A stretch of DNA of 64,000 nt from Spirogloea muscicola (lineage: Eukaryota). Each line of letters starts with the position of its first letter. Position 1 is the stretch's first letter. The DNA is taken from the NCBI GenBank assembly GCA_009602725.1, contig WELB01000026.1, forward strand, positions 900,185-964,184, given 5' to 3'. Below are positions 52,097 through 62,409 of this stretch, in pieces. The translations under genes and the position numbers were made by a program. A model generated the notes under the pieces. It made no database searches. It worked only from the letters and a program-made list of their open reading frames with translations, and was not told the origin of the DNA.

Positions 52097-52537
52097 AGAG
52101 CAATAACTTGAATCAATAGAGAGACAGGCACTTGACCGATCATGGCGAAGAGCATGGAACAGCTGTTCAACAAACTTGTGACCATTCAGTCAGACTGGAG
52201 TACACAGTTTTTGAACTTCAGTTGCCCACAGGTGCCCGCCATGCAGGGGTTCTGTGAATCAGCTTGTTTTTGAGCTTCTAGATGTACTGATTATGCAGAT
52301 AAATGCTTCAGCAATTGCACCTTTCAACTCCGAGCAATGGTTGTGCGAATGCATTGAGAATCTGGAAGACCAGCCTCTACTGATCTGCAGCCTCGTGCAG
52401 AAATAAGCAAGGGCCAACTCTCTATTGACATGCGGATTTTGGAAGCAGAGGTGGTCAGCAATATCAAGGATACTTCGGCAGGCCAAGACATAATGAAAGC
52501 TTACAAAGAGTAAAAAAAAGAATGACGTGCACTTGGA

Positions 52538-53761
52538 TTAGAGGTCTACTTTTGCAATGAGGCTCAACAAGAGTGCAGGTGGAGCATTTGTGAAAAGAGT
52601 TGCCGGGTAAACAGCAGAGCCCCACTTTGGGTGGAGGACAACTTTGCAGCAGCCGGCATTCTGGCAGGAGTAGCCGAGGAAGAACTGGAGGGCGTCGACT
52701 TCACTATAGACAGTATTGGTGACCCTATGTACCATCTGTACAGCAATTTTGATGGTGAGAGCGGATCAGTATCTATGAGAAAGCAGTGATACAGATTCCT
52801 AGGCACGATCAGCTGTGCACGAATCAGTGAAATGGATATCGGACTTGACAGCGGGGGCCAGAGGTCTATCGTGAGCCATAAATTAGTCAAACCATTGCCA
52901 GCAACAGGGACTGCTCAACACTGCAAGCCTGCTAGGCCCAAGGACTGGCCGCTCACAGGGAGACCTGAGCAGGGATCGATGTAGTCACAAAAGTAGCCGA
53001 GCGAGGAGGCCTCCTTGTGGACAGCCTGTGCCCAGGCCATGAACTGCATCGCCAAGCACAGGGAGACCACTTGTGAAGAGCCTCGACAGGAGGACAGCTT
53101 AGCCGTTCGCCGACGTCTCAGGTCTTGTCAGAATCTGTAGTGTTGCTCAATGCAAGAATCAGCTCAAGAGTGACGCCTGGGCAGGGCAACGGTGAAGGAG
53201 CGTGGCGGGCTGCCTCACAGCCTCAAGCAGGCGGTCCTTCTCGGCCTCGACCTCGTCGCCGAATCTGACCAGCTCCATGGAGGCCCTCTGGCACGTCGGT
53301 ACGATCACGACGTCGCCGAGGTCCTGGCCAGGGAACATGGCCGCCAGCTCGCGCTTGTAGTGCTCGGGGCAGCCTGCACACCACATGGCAGGCAGCCCAA
53401 TATCACGTCGCCAGTCAAGACGTCCTCCAGCAGCTGGCCCAGTGGCCTCAACTGACGCCGAGCTCGTCCCAGTTGCGGCGCAGTGTTGCAAGCGAGGTCC
53501 TCTTCCCAATGCAGGCGTGACCGAAGAGCTCCGCTGAGGCTTCAGAATGCTGGCAAGCAGCCACTGCGCCTGGGAGAAGGCGCACCCAGGGCTACCCTGG
53601 GGGATCGGAAGGTAGCGCCAAGCTGAGGCGGCCTGGTGGCGGCGGCGGGGTCGTGCATTACTGTGCACGGAGTACTCCATGCCCGAGCGCGTGGTGCGGA
53701 CGTCCACGAGCGCGTGCCGGCCCCGCCGCGGCGGCGGCGGCTCCGGCTCGGCGGCGCCCAT
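52538..53761 (-). CDS. MMADHC: Cobalamin trafficking protein CblD / MMADHC-like
   Basis: MEYSVH|..CPEHYKRELAAMFP...IVPTCQRA..DEVEAEKDRLLEA|FMAWAQAV...GYFCDYIDPCSGLP|...VYSEVDALQFFLGYSCQNAGCCKVVLHPKWGSAVYPATLFTNAP. Confidence 0.88.
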
Positions 53762-53899
53762 CGCCGCGGCCTCCAGAACAGACTCGGAAGCGGCAGCGGG
53801 GGGGCGACGCGAGGGCTGCGACGCTGCGGGAGCNGCTGCAGGCAGGGCTGCTCAGCTGCGGGCGACTGGAGTGATGACCAGCCGGCCGCTGTGACACGA

Positions 53900-54960
53900 C
53901 GGGAAGGGAAGGCGCGCGCGGTGCGCACGAAATGACTGGGTCCGTGGCCAACTCAAGCCAGTACACCGTTCAGGCAAAAGCTAGTGCAGAACTTGGGCTA
54001 CATGAATTGAAGCCCTATGCTTAGGTGGCTAAGATTAGTGTGTAGTGACAGTGAAAGAGTGTAACACAGAAGGCGCGCGGTGTGGATGGGGAAGCGGCTG
54101 CTGATATTAAAAGAGCGGCTGTGAAAGCCAGCCAGATGCATACAGGTGTTCATGACGGAGCCACAGGCTAGACAGCCAGGGCGCTCTTAGTAACCCCGTG
54201 TCAGCAGTAGGAAGTCAGATGAGCTGAGGGGAGGAAGAGCAACCCCGCTGCGCAAGCCAGAGGCTGCTGCAAGGGCACGACCAGCGCGGCGATGCAAAGC
54301 AAGCGCTTGGGAACGCTGTAGCGACATAGATGGATGAGAGGGAGGCCAAAGCAAGCCAGTACACTGTTTTCAGGAAGCACCAAAGAAACCTTCGAGAGGG
54401 AGTCAGGTCAATGCGTTTCATTCCCACAGCCAACCAGCCAGCCGTCTTGCTGTACTGCCCCCCCCCATCAAGGAAAATTAACAGCTCTAATGTAGTAGGG
54501 CTCCCCTATTTCCTCTCGCCATAGCTCTCCCCCGCCTACCGGCGGCTTGTAAACCCTTCTGCCCCCGCGATCCCCCTTCAACCCCCATGTCAGCCTGTCA
54601 TATTCACAAGCAATCACTCGTGGGTATTGAGATTTTCCATCAGCAGGCTTTTCGTACACTTACCGCGGCCTTCCTTAGCACAGGGCTTCATTCTGTGTAG
54701 CCCCATACTTACACTTACCTTTTGCCTAAACAGTGTGATAGCTTGATCTGGCCTCCATCTCATGTACGCGCGTTGTGCGCCTTCTACTCACTCGATACAC
54801 TTTGCCCCTGCCCTCCATGCCCTTAGCAGCAGCTGAGCTTGCGCAGCAGGACTTCGTAGCCAGGCTCCCCTCTCTCTCCCCTGGGCTCATCTGACACCGT
54901 AGTGCTGACACGGGGCTACTGAATGGGCCCTGAGCTGCGAGTCTGCAGCGCCACGGCCTC
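53900..54960. mobile_element. Cluster of CRE-like retrotransposon 3' fragments upstream of MMADHC
   Basis: 54094-54311 is almost identical to 62418-62635; terminal motif at about 53905-54030 (-); ITRGY* at 54613-54630 and VLTRGY* at 54902-54922 (+). Confidence 0.8.
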
Positions 54961-55713
54961 TGTTTCCCACAAACTGGCCAACTCTAACGGCTACCCTATA
55001 CTAGCTGCTTCACCCCACCCCAATGATCTCCCACGCCAGCATGCTTAAAGCATGCACCGCCACACAGCAAGGGCATGTTGGCTGGCCACAACTTATAGTG
55101 ACTTGTCAACCTAGGCTTGCTTTGCCCTCGTGGCCTTGTGTTACGTGCAGATGCTAGCAGCTCCATGCATGGCATGAGGCGAGCAAGAGTAGACAGAACT
55201 GGCTCGGCATGTGAACTACATTCTCGTGGCCATCTCTCTCCAGACTCCATCTTTTCCCGTTCCTCCTGGCAGCGGCACTCTGCAACCAGCCTCAAAGCTG
55301 TTGCCGAAATGTTGCAGCTGCCCTATTCAATCCTTACTGCTGCAGAGCAGCTCATCCCTTTCATACCAGCTTTCACGCCTCATCAATGGAAGTTGGAACT
55401 GGTTGCTGGCCGGTGAAGTAGCTGCAGTATGTTAAGACGTCCTTGGCACAATCAGTCAGAGCTCTGATCACATTGTATGCAAGAAAGCACAGAGTGGTTG
55501 TTAAGTGGCAACCTGCAGAATGTGCAACATTCTGTTAAGCAACTGTTACCTTGATGAGGACGACCCACATGTTGCCAGCGGCCTTAACGCTGCGATGCTT
55601 TCCTCCAGCTTACCCTCCAGCTTACCCCAGCAACCTCCAGCTGAGGTGCATGTCCACCTTACTGTCGTCCACGGTGGACAACACTCTGCTCATGTGCACA
55701 GAAGCATCGGTCC

Positions 55714-58700
55714 TCAAGTACCGGCCCACTCAGTCTGCATGATGTTGGGTGTTGGGGGGGGCACGCCCACGGCTTTGATGACAACCCTTGTTCTGCCACC
55801 TCTGCCACCTGTGGACGGGCCAATAGCCTGGCCGCTTGGCCCTACGTCACGACTGCTTGTCTCTTTGGGACCAACGTTAGCCCCAGCTTTCACCTCTCCC
55901 TTGGACCTGTTATATCGTGCCCGGCCTTGCTCACGTCGCTTTCCTACGGGCTGCTCCAACCCCTTGCGCTCTGCAGATTGCCCTTCTTGGCTGCACGCTT
56001 CAGCATCTCCTGCAACTCTCGGTCTCTGCTTGTCTGCATTGGAGAGTTGAGGGGATGCCTTGGGACATTTACTTGCTCCTGAAGCAGAAGCACCTGTCGA
56101 TTTAAGTCCCGTGTCCAATCCTACTTGTGACCCTCTTCTCGGCCTGTGGTACCGACCATGCCCACGCATTTGTTCTCGAGTTGGCTCTGACCCTTTACGT
56201 ACTGGCGAAACACCTGTCTGACTGTAATCTCCATCCTTCTCTACACTGTCAGCATTCAGCTCGTTGTGGATGGCCGCTTGAGGACTTAGCGTGCGAGCAT
56301 CCTGAAGGCGCTGGGCCTCCTTGGGCAGAAGCAGAGCCAGCAGGTTGATACCGCCAGTCAACTTTGCAACATCTGCTGGATAGGAACCAGCGTGAAGTGG
56401 CTGTGCAACCTTATGCTCGTCTGGCCTTGCTGTCGACAACTCAACTAGATGAGCTGGTAGATAGTCCTTTGGCAGCGCAGGTGGCAGCTGGGAGTCTGAG
56501 TGTGCAGAAAGCAAATTTGGCAATGCCTGTGTAGGCCTGGTTATATCCAGCATGGAGGTAGACACATGGTCATGCCCCACCTGTGAAGCTGCAGCTGGAA
56601 TAGAGTGCTCCTGTCTGAACCATGGGCCATCATGTACAGGGGGAGTACGAATCTCGTCAAAGCCTCGCAATTGATGCTGTTGCCTCTGGTCCAAAGTTGT
56701 TCCGCCATTGTTGTGAGGCTGCCGCCACCAAGAGCCTTCACGGCCTAAAGCTGAGGGGCCCTGGATGCCGCCTACGGTGGCTTGAGATTCCAGAGGAATT
56801 GCTTGGGTTGCTCTCGGCCCAACCACCTGCCTTTGACCACTCCACACAATGCCAACACTTGGTGCACTGGCACCAGCGGGTAGCAGCTGCTCAAGGCTCT
56901 GGCGATGGGGCGCCTCTGCGGTCTCGCCAGCGTCCTGTGAGTGCCTGCTGTACGGGGCTGCTAATGTTTGCCTGGGATTGCCTGTACCAAGAGAAACACC
57001 AGCAGCAGGTTCATGCCTCAGTCTGGTAAACTCCCGCACTGGTCGAGCAGGCCACTTGAACAGAAATATTTGCAGTTCTTGCAGGCGGTGGCCTTCCAAA
57101 GGAGGAGGTCTGCCAAGTGCTGTAGCAGCTAATGAAAAGGCATGAGTAACGCGTGGAAAATGGTTGGCCTGCACTGAGCGCGCACAATTCTCCACCAAAT
57201 CGAAGGGATCCACCACCTTCACATGACAGCACTTGACATTACTCAGGGGGTTATTGGTTGCAGGTACAGCTTCAAGTGTAAGGAAGGACAACTGTCAGCA
57301 TCTTATGCCTGGACATTCTTCAAGTTGTGAACTTTTAATGAGTAGCTCAAAATTTGCAACCCCTTAGTCAGCACAGTCTCACTTACTATGATTGTGGCCT
57401 AAAGCATTGCCACAGGCTAACTTAGTGGATGGGTAGATGAGGAGGGTACGCTTCTCACTGCCATGCTGTAGTTTTTTGATGACCAAAACTGTGGCAAATC
57501 CTGTGGGTCTCTCCAAGTGCCACTGTAAGTGCACACTGCAAGACCTTGCTGCCACAAGTCATTCACTGCTCCAAACTGCACAGTAGTGAATCAAATCAAG
57601 TTGGAATGAGCTGGTCACATGACTTGATTATACGTGCATGGGCTCAGAGGAAGTTGCTAGCAATTATATATAAACGAATCAAGGCCGACTATGCAGCCCC
57701 AGCCGATTGATCCTATGCCATATGTACTTCTGGCAAACTGCACGACATCAGAAACTCTTGTGCTTGCATGTCCTTCATAGGTCTAAGCGATTCTTTTTCT
57801 CTACTTCCCAATCACAAGAGACCTATACATCGACACTTACAAACCCTACCAATCACCTGCAGCTACAAGCAGTCTGCATGGCAGCATACCCTGAGAAAGA
57901 ATGTAGCAAAGAGTGTTGCAAGACTGGTTTGATTCAAAGCAGCACCACTATAAAGCTTCCACTCAGACAAAGCCTGCTTGCAATGAGCGAAGAAGTGCTC
58001 ATTGTTCAAAGGGACACCCTTATCTGCTCAAATACAGCACAACCACAATGCATCATAAGCCCTGGTGACATGATTCGAGCAGATGGTTATCATTATGGCT
58101 GACACCATACAACGAAGTGCCAGCCCGTCTCAATGGGATTGCTTGGAGCGTGCCAGGACCTTCCGAAAGTACACTATCCGCAGAAGATGACAGCACATCA
58201 AGGACTGCATACTCTGACATGCAGAAGCTGGCCGAGTACAAACTTCACTGCACATGTGCTTTGCTGAGCCAAGAGGAGGCAAGCACCTACAGATACGTCT
58301 GACAAATCTTTGGGAAGTATACTACTCAGCGGAGGCAGAATTGGAGGCACAATAATCTGCAGGAGGACTCAAGACGACGCTCAATGCAAGGTCCGTGGTC
58401 TAAGATTTGCTCATGCTGCATTCTCCTGCATAGCCTTTGCTTATCCCAATACACGATCAACTTGGCCTTACAACAATACAAATACAGATTCTGCCTATAT
58501 AAGAGCTGGTCACCTGCAAATGGAGAATCACGAGTTGGGCCAAAGCATAGGAATTCAGTGTTCCCATCTTCGGAGAGTTGATGTCTTGGCACTTCGCCCA
58601 CCATTTGACCTGCAACCTTGCTCCTTGTTTTTCAGTTCAAGTCCTCCTTACCTGAGTTAGTCACCACTGCAGCACTTTATAGACCTGGCACAAGTTGCTA

Positions 58701-60007
58701 GATGTGCATAGAGCACAATGTGAAGAGGCGCAGAGGGGGGCCTTACCAGGAAGATCAGCTGTCGGCACCTGAGATCAAGCTCAGCCACCCACTTGAGGAC
58801 CCGGGACTTGAGAAGACCCTTGCCATTGTTGATGGACAGATCACAGGCGATGCCAGTGGCTTTGTCGTGGAACATGATCAGTGGAATGCGCGCATGTGCA
58901 ACCACTTGCATCCTCACTGCCATTGCTGTGCGCATGTACAATAACCACAAAGTAAGAGATGAAGGAAAGTCAAGCATGCAAACGACTTCACAAAAAAATC
59001 ATGGCCAGACACCCCTGCAACTGCATGAGACATAAATTGCTCACACTGACAGTCGCTCACGTGTTTGGCCATATGCAAGGGTGCGTGCAATTCTGGCCAA
59101 CAATCTTCGGTTGGCGTAATCCTTGTGCAGAGGAGACGATGGGGGCAGCTCCAGGGCAACATCGAGATCCCCCCATGGCGTGTAAAGATTGGACTCAAAA
59201 GAGCCAAAAGGTAAGACAGTAGAACCTGAGGCAAAAACACTGAACAGAAGTTGGTGTTGAGGCAGATCAATATCGGCTGCCATTCCCTGTGCATAATCGT
59301 GTGGTGCCATGGTGGAGAGGTTGCAGGCTCGCACAGGACCCTCGGGCTGGCCTCCCGAGCGAGATTGTCGCACCTGGAGGGCAGATGTTGGTCTCTGCCA
59401 GGACGGCGTTGAGGCGGTCCACGACCTGGCAGCGCTGCAAATGGTCCTCCTGAGATGGTTGGAGCTCCGCAAACAAGCAGTGCAGGAGTCTGTCTAGGGG
59501 CGCTGATGCGCTGGACCAAGCCTCGTCGAGGTGGAGCGCAGACACCATCCTGGTGGCAGCAGCTTCTGCAACATGTTCCACCACTGCAGCAGACACGATG
59601 ATTGGAAGTCAGCGGTCAAACGAGCTGTAAGTGCCGGGGCTGAGCTGCAGCGAGCGTGAGGACCTGCAAGACAAGGCCAGTGACGGCGACAGAAACCAGC
59701 ACTCTACCCTTTGCTCCAGTGCTCGCCGGCTTTGGCTGCTGCCGGCAGGCGATCGAGACCGTCACCGTCTCCAAGAGGCTGAGGTGCCGCGGAGGCCCCT
59801 CACGCCTGGCAGATTGCCACTTGGACCAGCCACTGCCGAGCGTGGCAGAGCCACCGCTGTGGCTCACCGGCAAGGTCGGGTGGCCACGCGCCTCGCCGCG
59901 GCCCTCGGCCTCCGAAGGTGCTCGCGCCGCCGCCGGCGCCTCGGCCCCGGCNCGGGCGCGGGGACCGGCTGCGGCGGCTGCGGCGGCGGCGGCTGCAGAG
60001 CCTCCAT
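55714..60007 (-). CDS. HESO1: Terminal uridylyltransferase HESO1-like (Cid1/TUTase); both ends approximate
   Basis: PFGSFESNLYTPWGDLDVAL (GS + DxD); HARIPLI...ACDLSINNGKGLLKSR; VKWWAKCQDINSPKMGTLNSY; PPILPPL; VVDPFDLVENCARSV; long low-complexity C-terminal exon. Confidence 0.85.
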
Positions 60008-60449
60008 CGCGCGGCTTGGCCACCGCGGAGGCACCACCGCGACGTGACACCCCGCAGCGCAGCCACTGACACCCGTCGACGGTGCGAACAAAAACATCTG
60101 ACAAATCTCAGAAGTAGCAGCCGAAAAGCGCGGCCTGCCTGCTAGTACACTGCAAATGCCTGACGCCTCGCTTGTCGCGGGGCTTCTGAAAGAAGAAGTG
60201 CGCGCCCATAGGAAACGGCCTTCTGAAAGAAGGCCGTTCCTCCGGCCGCTTCCCAAGCCATCACGAAGAAAGAAAGTGCTCCCAAGAGAGAAGGCGCGCG
60301 GTGCGCATGAAATTGAAAGAGAGGCCAATTCTAGCCTTACAAATGTCCTGTTACTTGGTAATGAGCTGGCTAAGGGGGACACTAATATCCCCGAGTGAGC
60401 ACATGCATACTGACATGCTATACTGAGGCGCCAAATCGCCACCACGGAA

Positions 60450-61244
60450 ACCCCACAACGCCGACACACTGGCTGCCCTGCGGACCCTTCATCCCCCAGC
60501 CCAAAACCCCTTCCGCCCTGGCTCGACGATTTTCAGCCCCCAACACCAGTGGAGCTCGATCCGGCTGCTCTGCGGTCAGCGCTGATATGGAGCCGGAAAG
60601 CTGCAGCTGGCGGGCCACCGGGCTGGCTGTTTGAAGATCTCCGTGAGCTCTGGCTCGACGAAGAGGCTGGCAACTTCTCCCTTTTACAGTGTGCCAGGCG
60701 GTGGCGCGTGGCCTCCTCTCCCCCAAGGCTAGGGCGGCTCTGACTTGCAGCACCCTCTTCGCCCTTTCCAAACCAACAGGGGACGTACGCCCCATCGCTA
60801 TGGACGAGGTGTGGGGAGAAGTGAAGCTGGGCCGCTTCCCTATGCTGCTGGAAGAGTGCCTTGGAGACCAGGCGTGTGAGCACCTCGCCCATAGCTATGG
60901 GGCGTACCCCCCCTGTTGGTTTGGAAAGGGCGAGAAGGGTGCTGCAAGTCAGACCCGCCCTAGCCTTGGGGGAGAGGAGGCCACGCGCCACCGCCTGGCA
61001 CAACTTTGTGTAAAAGGGAGAAGTCGCCAGCCTCATCGTCGAGCCAGAGCTGACGGAGATATTCAAACAGCCAGCCCGGTGGCCCGCCAGCTGCAGCTTT
61101 CCGACTCCGTGTCAGCGCTGACCACAGAGCAGCCGGATCGAGCTCCACTGGTGTTGGGGGCTGAAAATCGTCGAGCCAGGGCGGAAGGGGATTTTGGGCT
61201 GGGTAATGAAGGGCCCGCAGGCCAGTGTGTCGGCGTTGTGGGGT
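60450..61244. repeat. Inverted repeat (arms about 60450-60811 and 60881-61244, spacer about 70 bp) of retrotransposon RT sequence
   Basis: Same peptide on both strands (QAVARGLLSPKARA.LTCSTL.ALSKPTG.VRPIAM); DNA arms are reverse complements with scattered mismatches. Confidence 0.92.
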
Positions 61245-62400
61245 GCCGGTGTAGCTGGATCTAAGGCTTGGGCCGGCGCGTGAGAGATCCCCAGCACGGC
61301 CAAGGCGTATGGCGCGGCGGACGGCTGTTGCGGCTGGGGTGGCAGGGGTCGGCGTTGGACACCTGGACAGCAGCCCGATGCTCTTCCAAGAGCTGCTCCC
61401 ATGCACCGCCCTCAAGGAGTTGGCAGCGCGGCAGTAGCACTGCTCGCTGGCCTGGTCCACTTGGTAAAGGTCCCAGGACTAGTCGAGGGAGGAGCTGGAA
61501 GACCGTCCAGCCAGCGTCATCAAAACTGCTGCGCGCCATGCGGGTGAGGATAGGCCGGGTTGCACGCTGCAGGTGGGGCCGAGCCAAATGTGGAATGTGC
61601 CTCAAGGGTGGCAGGCTGGGCTCGAGAAGAACTGCATCCAGGTCGAGGAGCTTCGCCCAACGCCACTGAGCCGGCGAGGGAGCTGGGGGAGCTGGTGCCA
61701 GCACTGGGGTGCCGGGCTGCCGTCGTCGGGTAGAGGCCTCAGCACGGGCTTGGGCCTGCAGCGAGGCGCGATTGGCCTTCTTGGAGCAGTGGTGCTCGTG
61801 GATGCGAACGCCCCGCCGGTTAGGCCAGGGCTGCTGGCAGTACCGGCAGGTTTAGGGAACAGCTGTTGCAGCGGGGCTTGTAGATGGAGCTGCTGCAGCT
61901 GCAGGGATGGCGAGAGTAGAGGAGAGGCGGGAGGGCTGGGGCCGTTGGGTTTGGGTGGCCGAAGGGACAGGATCTGCAGCCAGGGTTGCCCCGGAGCCGT
62001 GGGAGGGGGAGGGCTCTCGCCGATGGGGGCCTTGACGGCCCATCCTGCCCTGGGAGGCAGCAGCAAAGGCGGGAGGGATGGCGGGGGTGGTCGAAGAGGC
62101 CAAGCCGGGGTCCGCAAGCCGAGCTAATTCATCAGAAGCAGGGACGGCAGGGAGGGGCTCGGGCTCCACGGCCGTCGTCGGGGAGGAGCGTGAAGAAGCT
62201 GAAGGGGCCGTTGAAGGAGTGGGAAGGTCGGCCCCTGGGGTAATGGCAGCCCTCGTCGCAGCAGTCGAGCTGCGGGTGCCGTAAGGGCGAGTGGCGCGCC
62301 GCGACGGGCTGCGTGCCCATCTCGGCCTTCGGCAGCCGCCGCCATGGCGGTGGGGTCGGCCCAGCGGGCGGTGGGCGGTGGGCGTCGGCAACGGCGGGGC
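60812..62400 (-). mobile_element. Frameshifted 5' half of a CRE-like (RLE-type) non-LTR retrotransposon ORF, truncated within the RT
   Basis: Pro-rich N-terminus; LRHIP...FQLLPRLVL...GAWEQLL; RRAIRLGRAGDLSRA; AAAGGPPGWLFEYL; LSKPTGGVRPIAMGEVLTRLVSKAL (RT motifs 1-2). Confidence 0.8.
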
Positions 62401-62409
62401 CGGGGCTGG

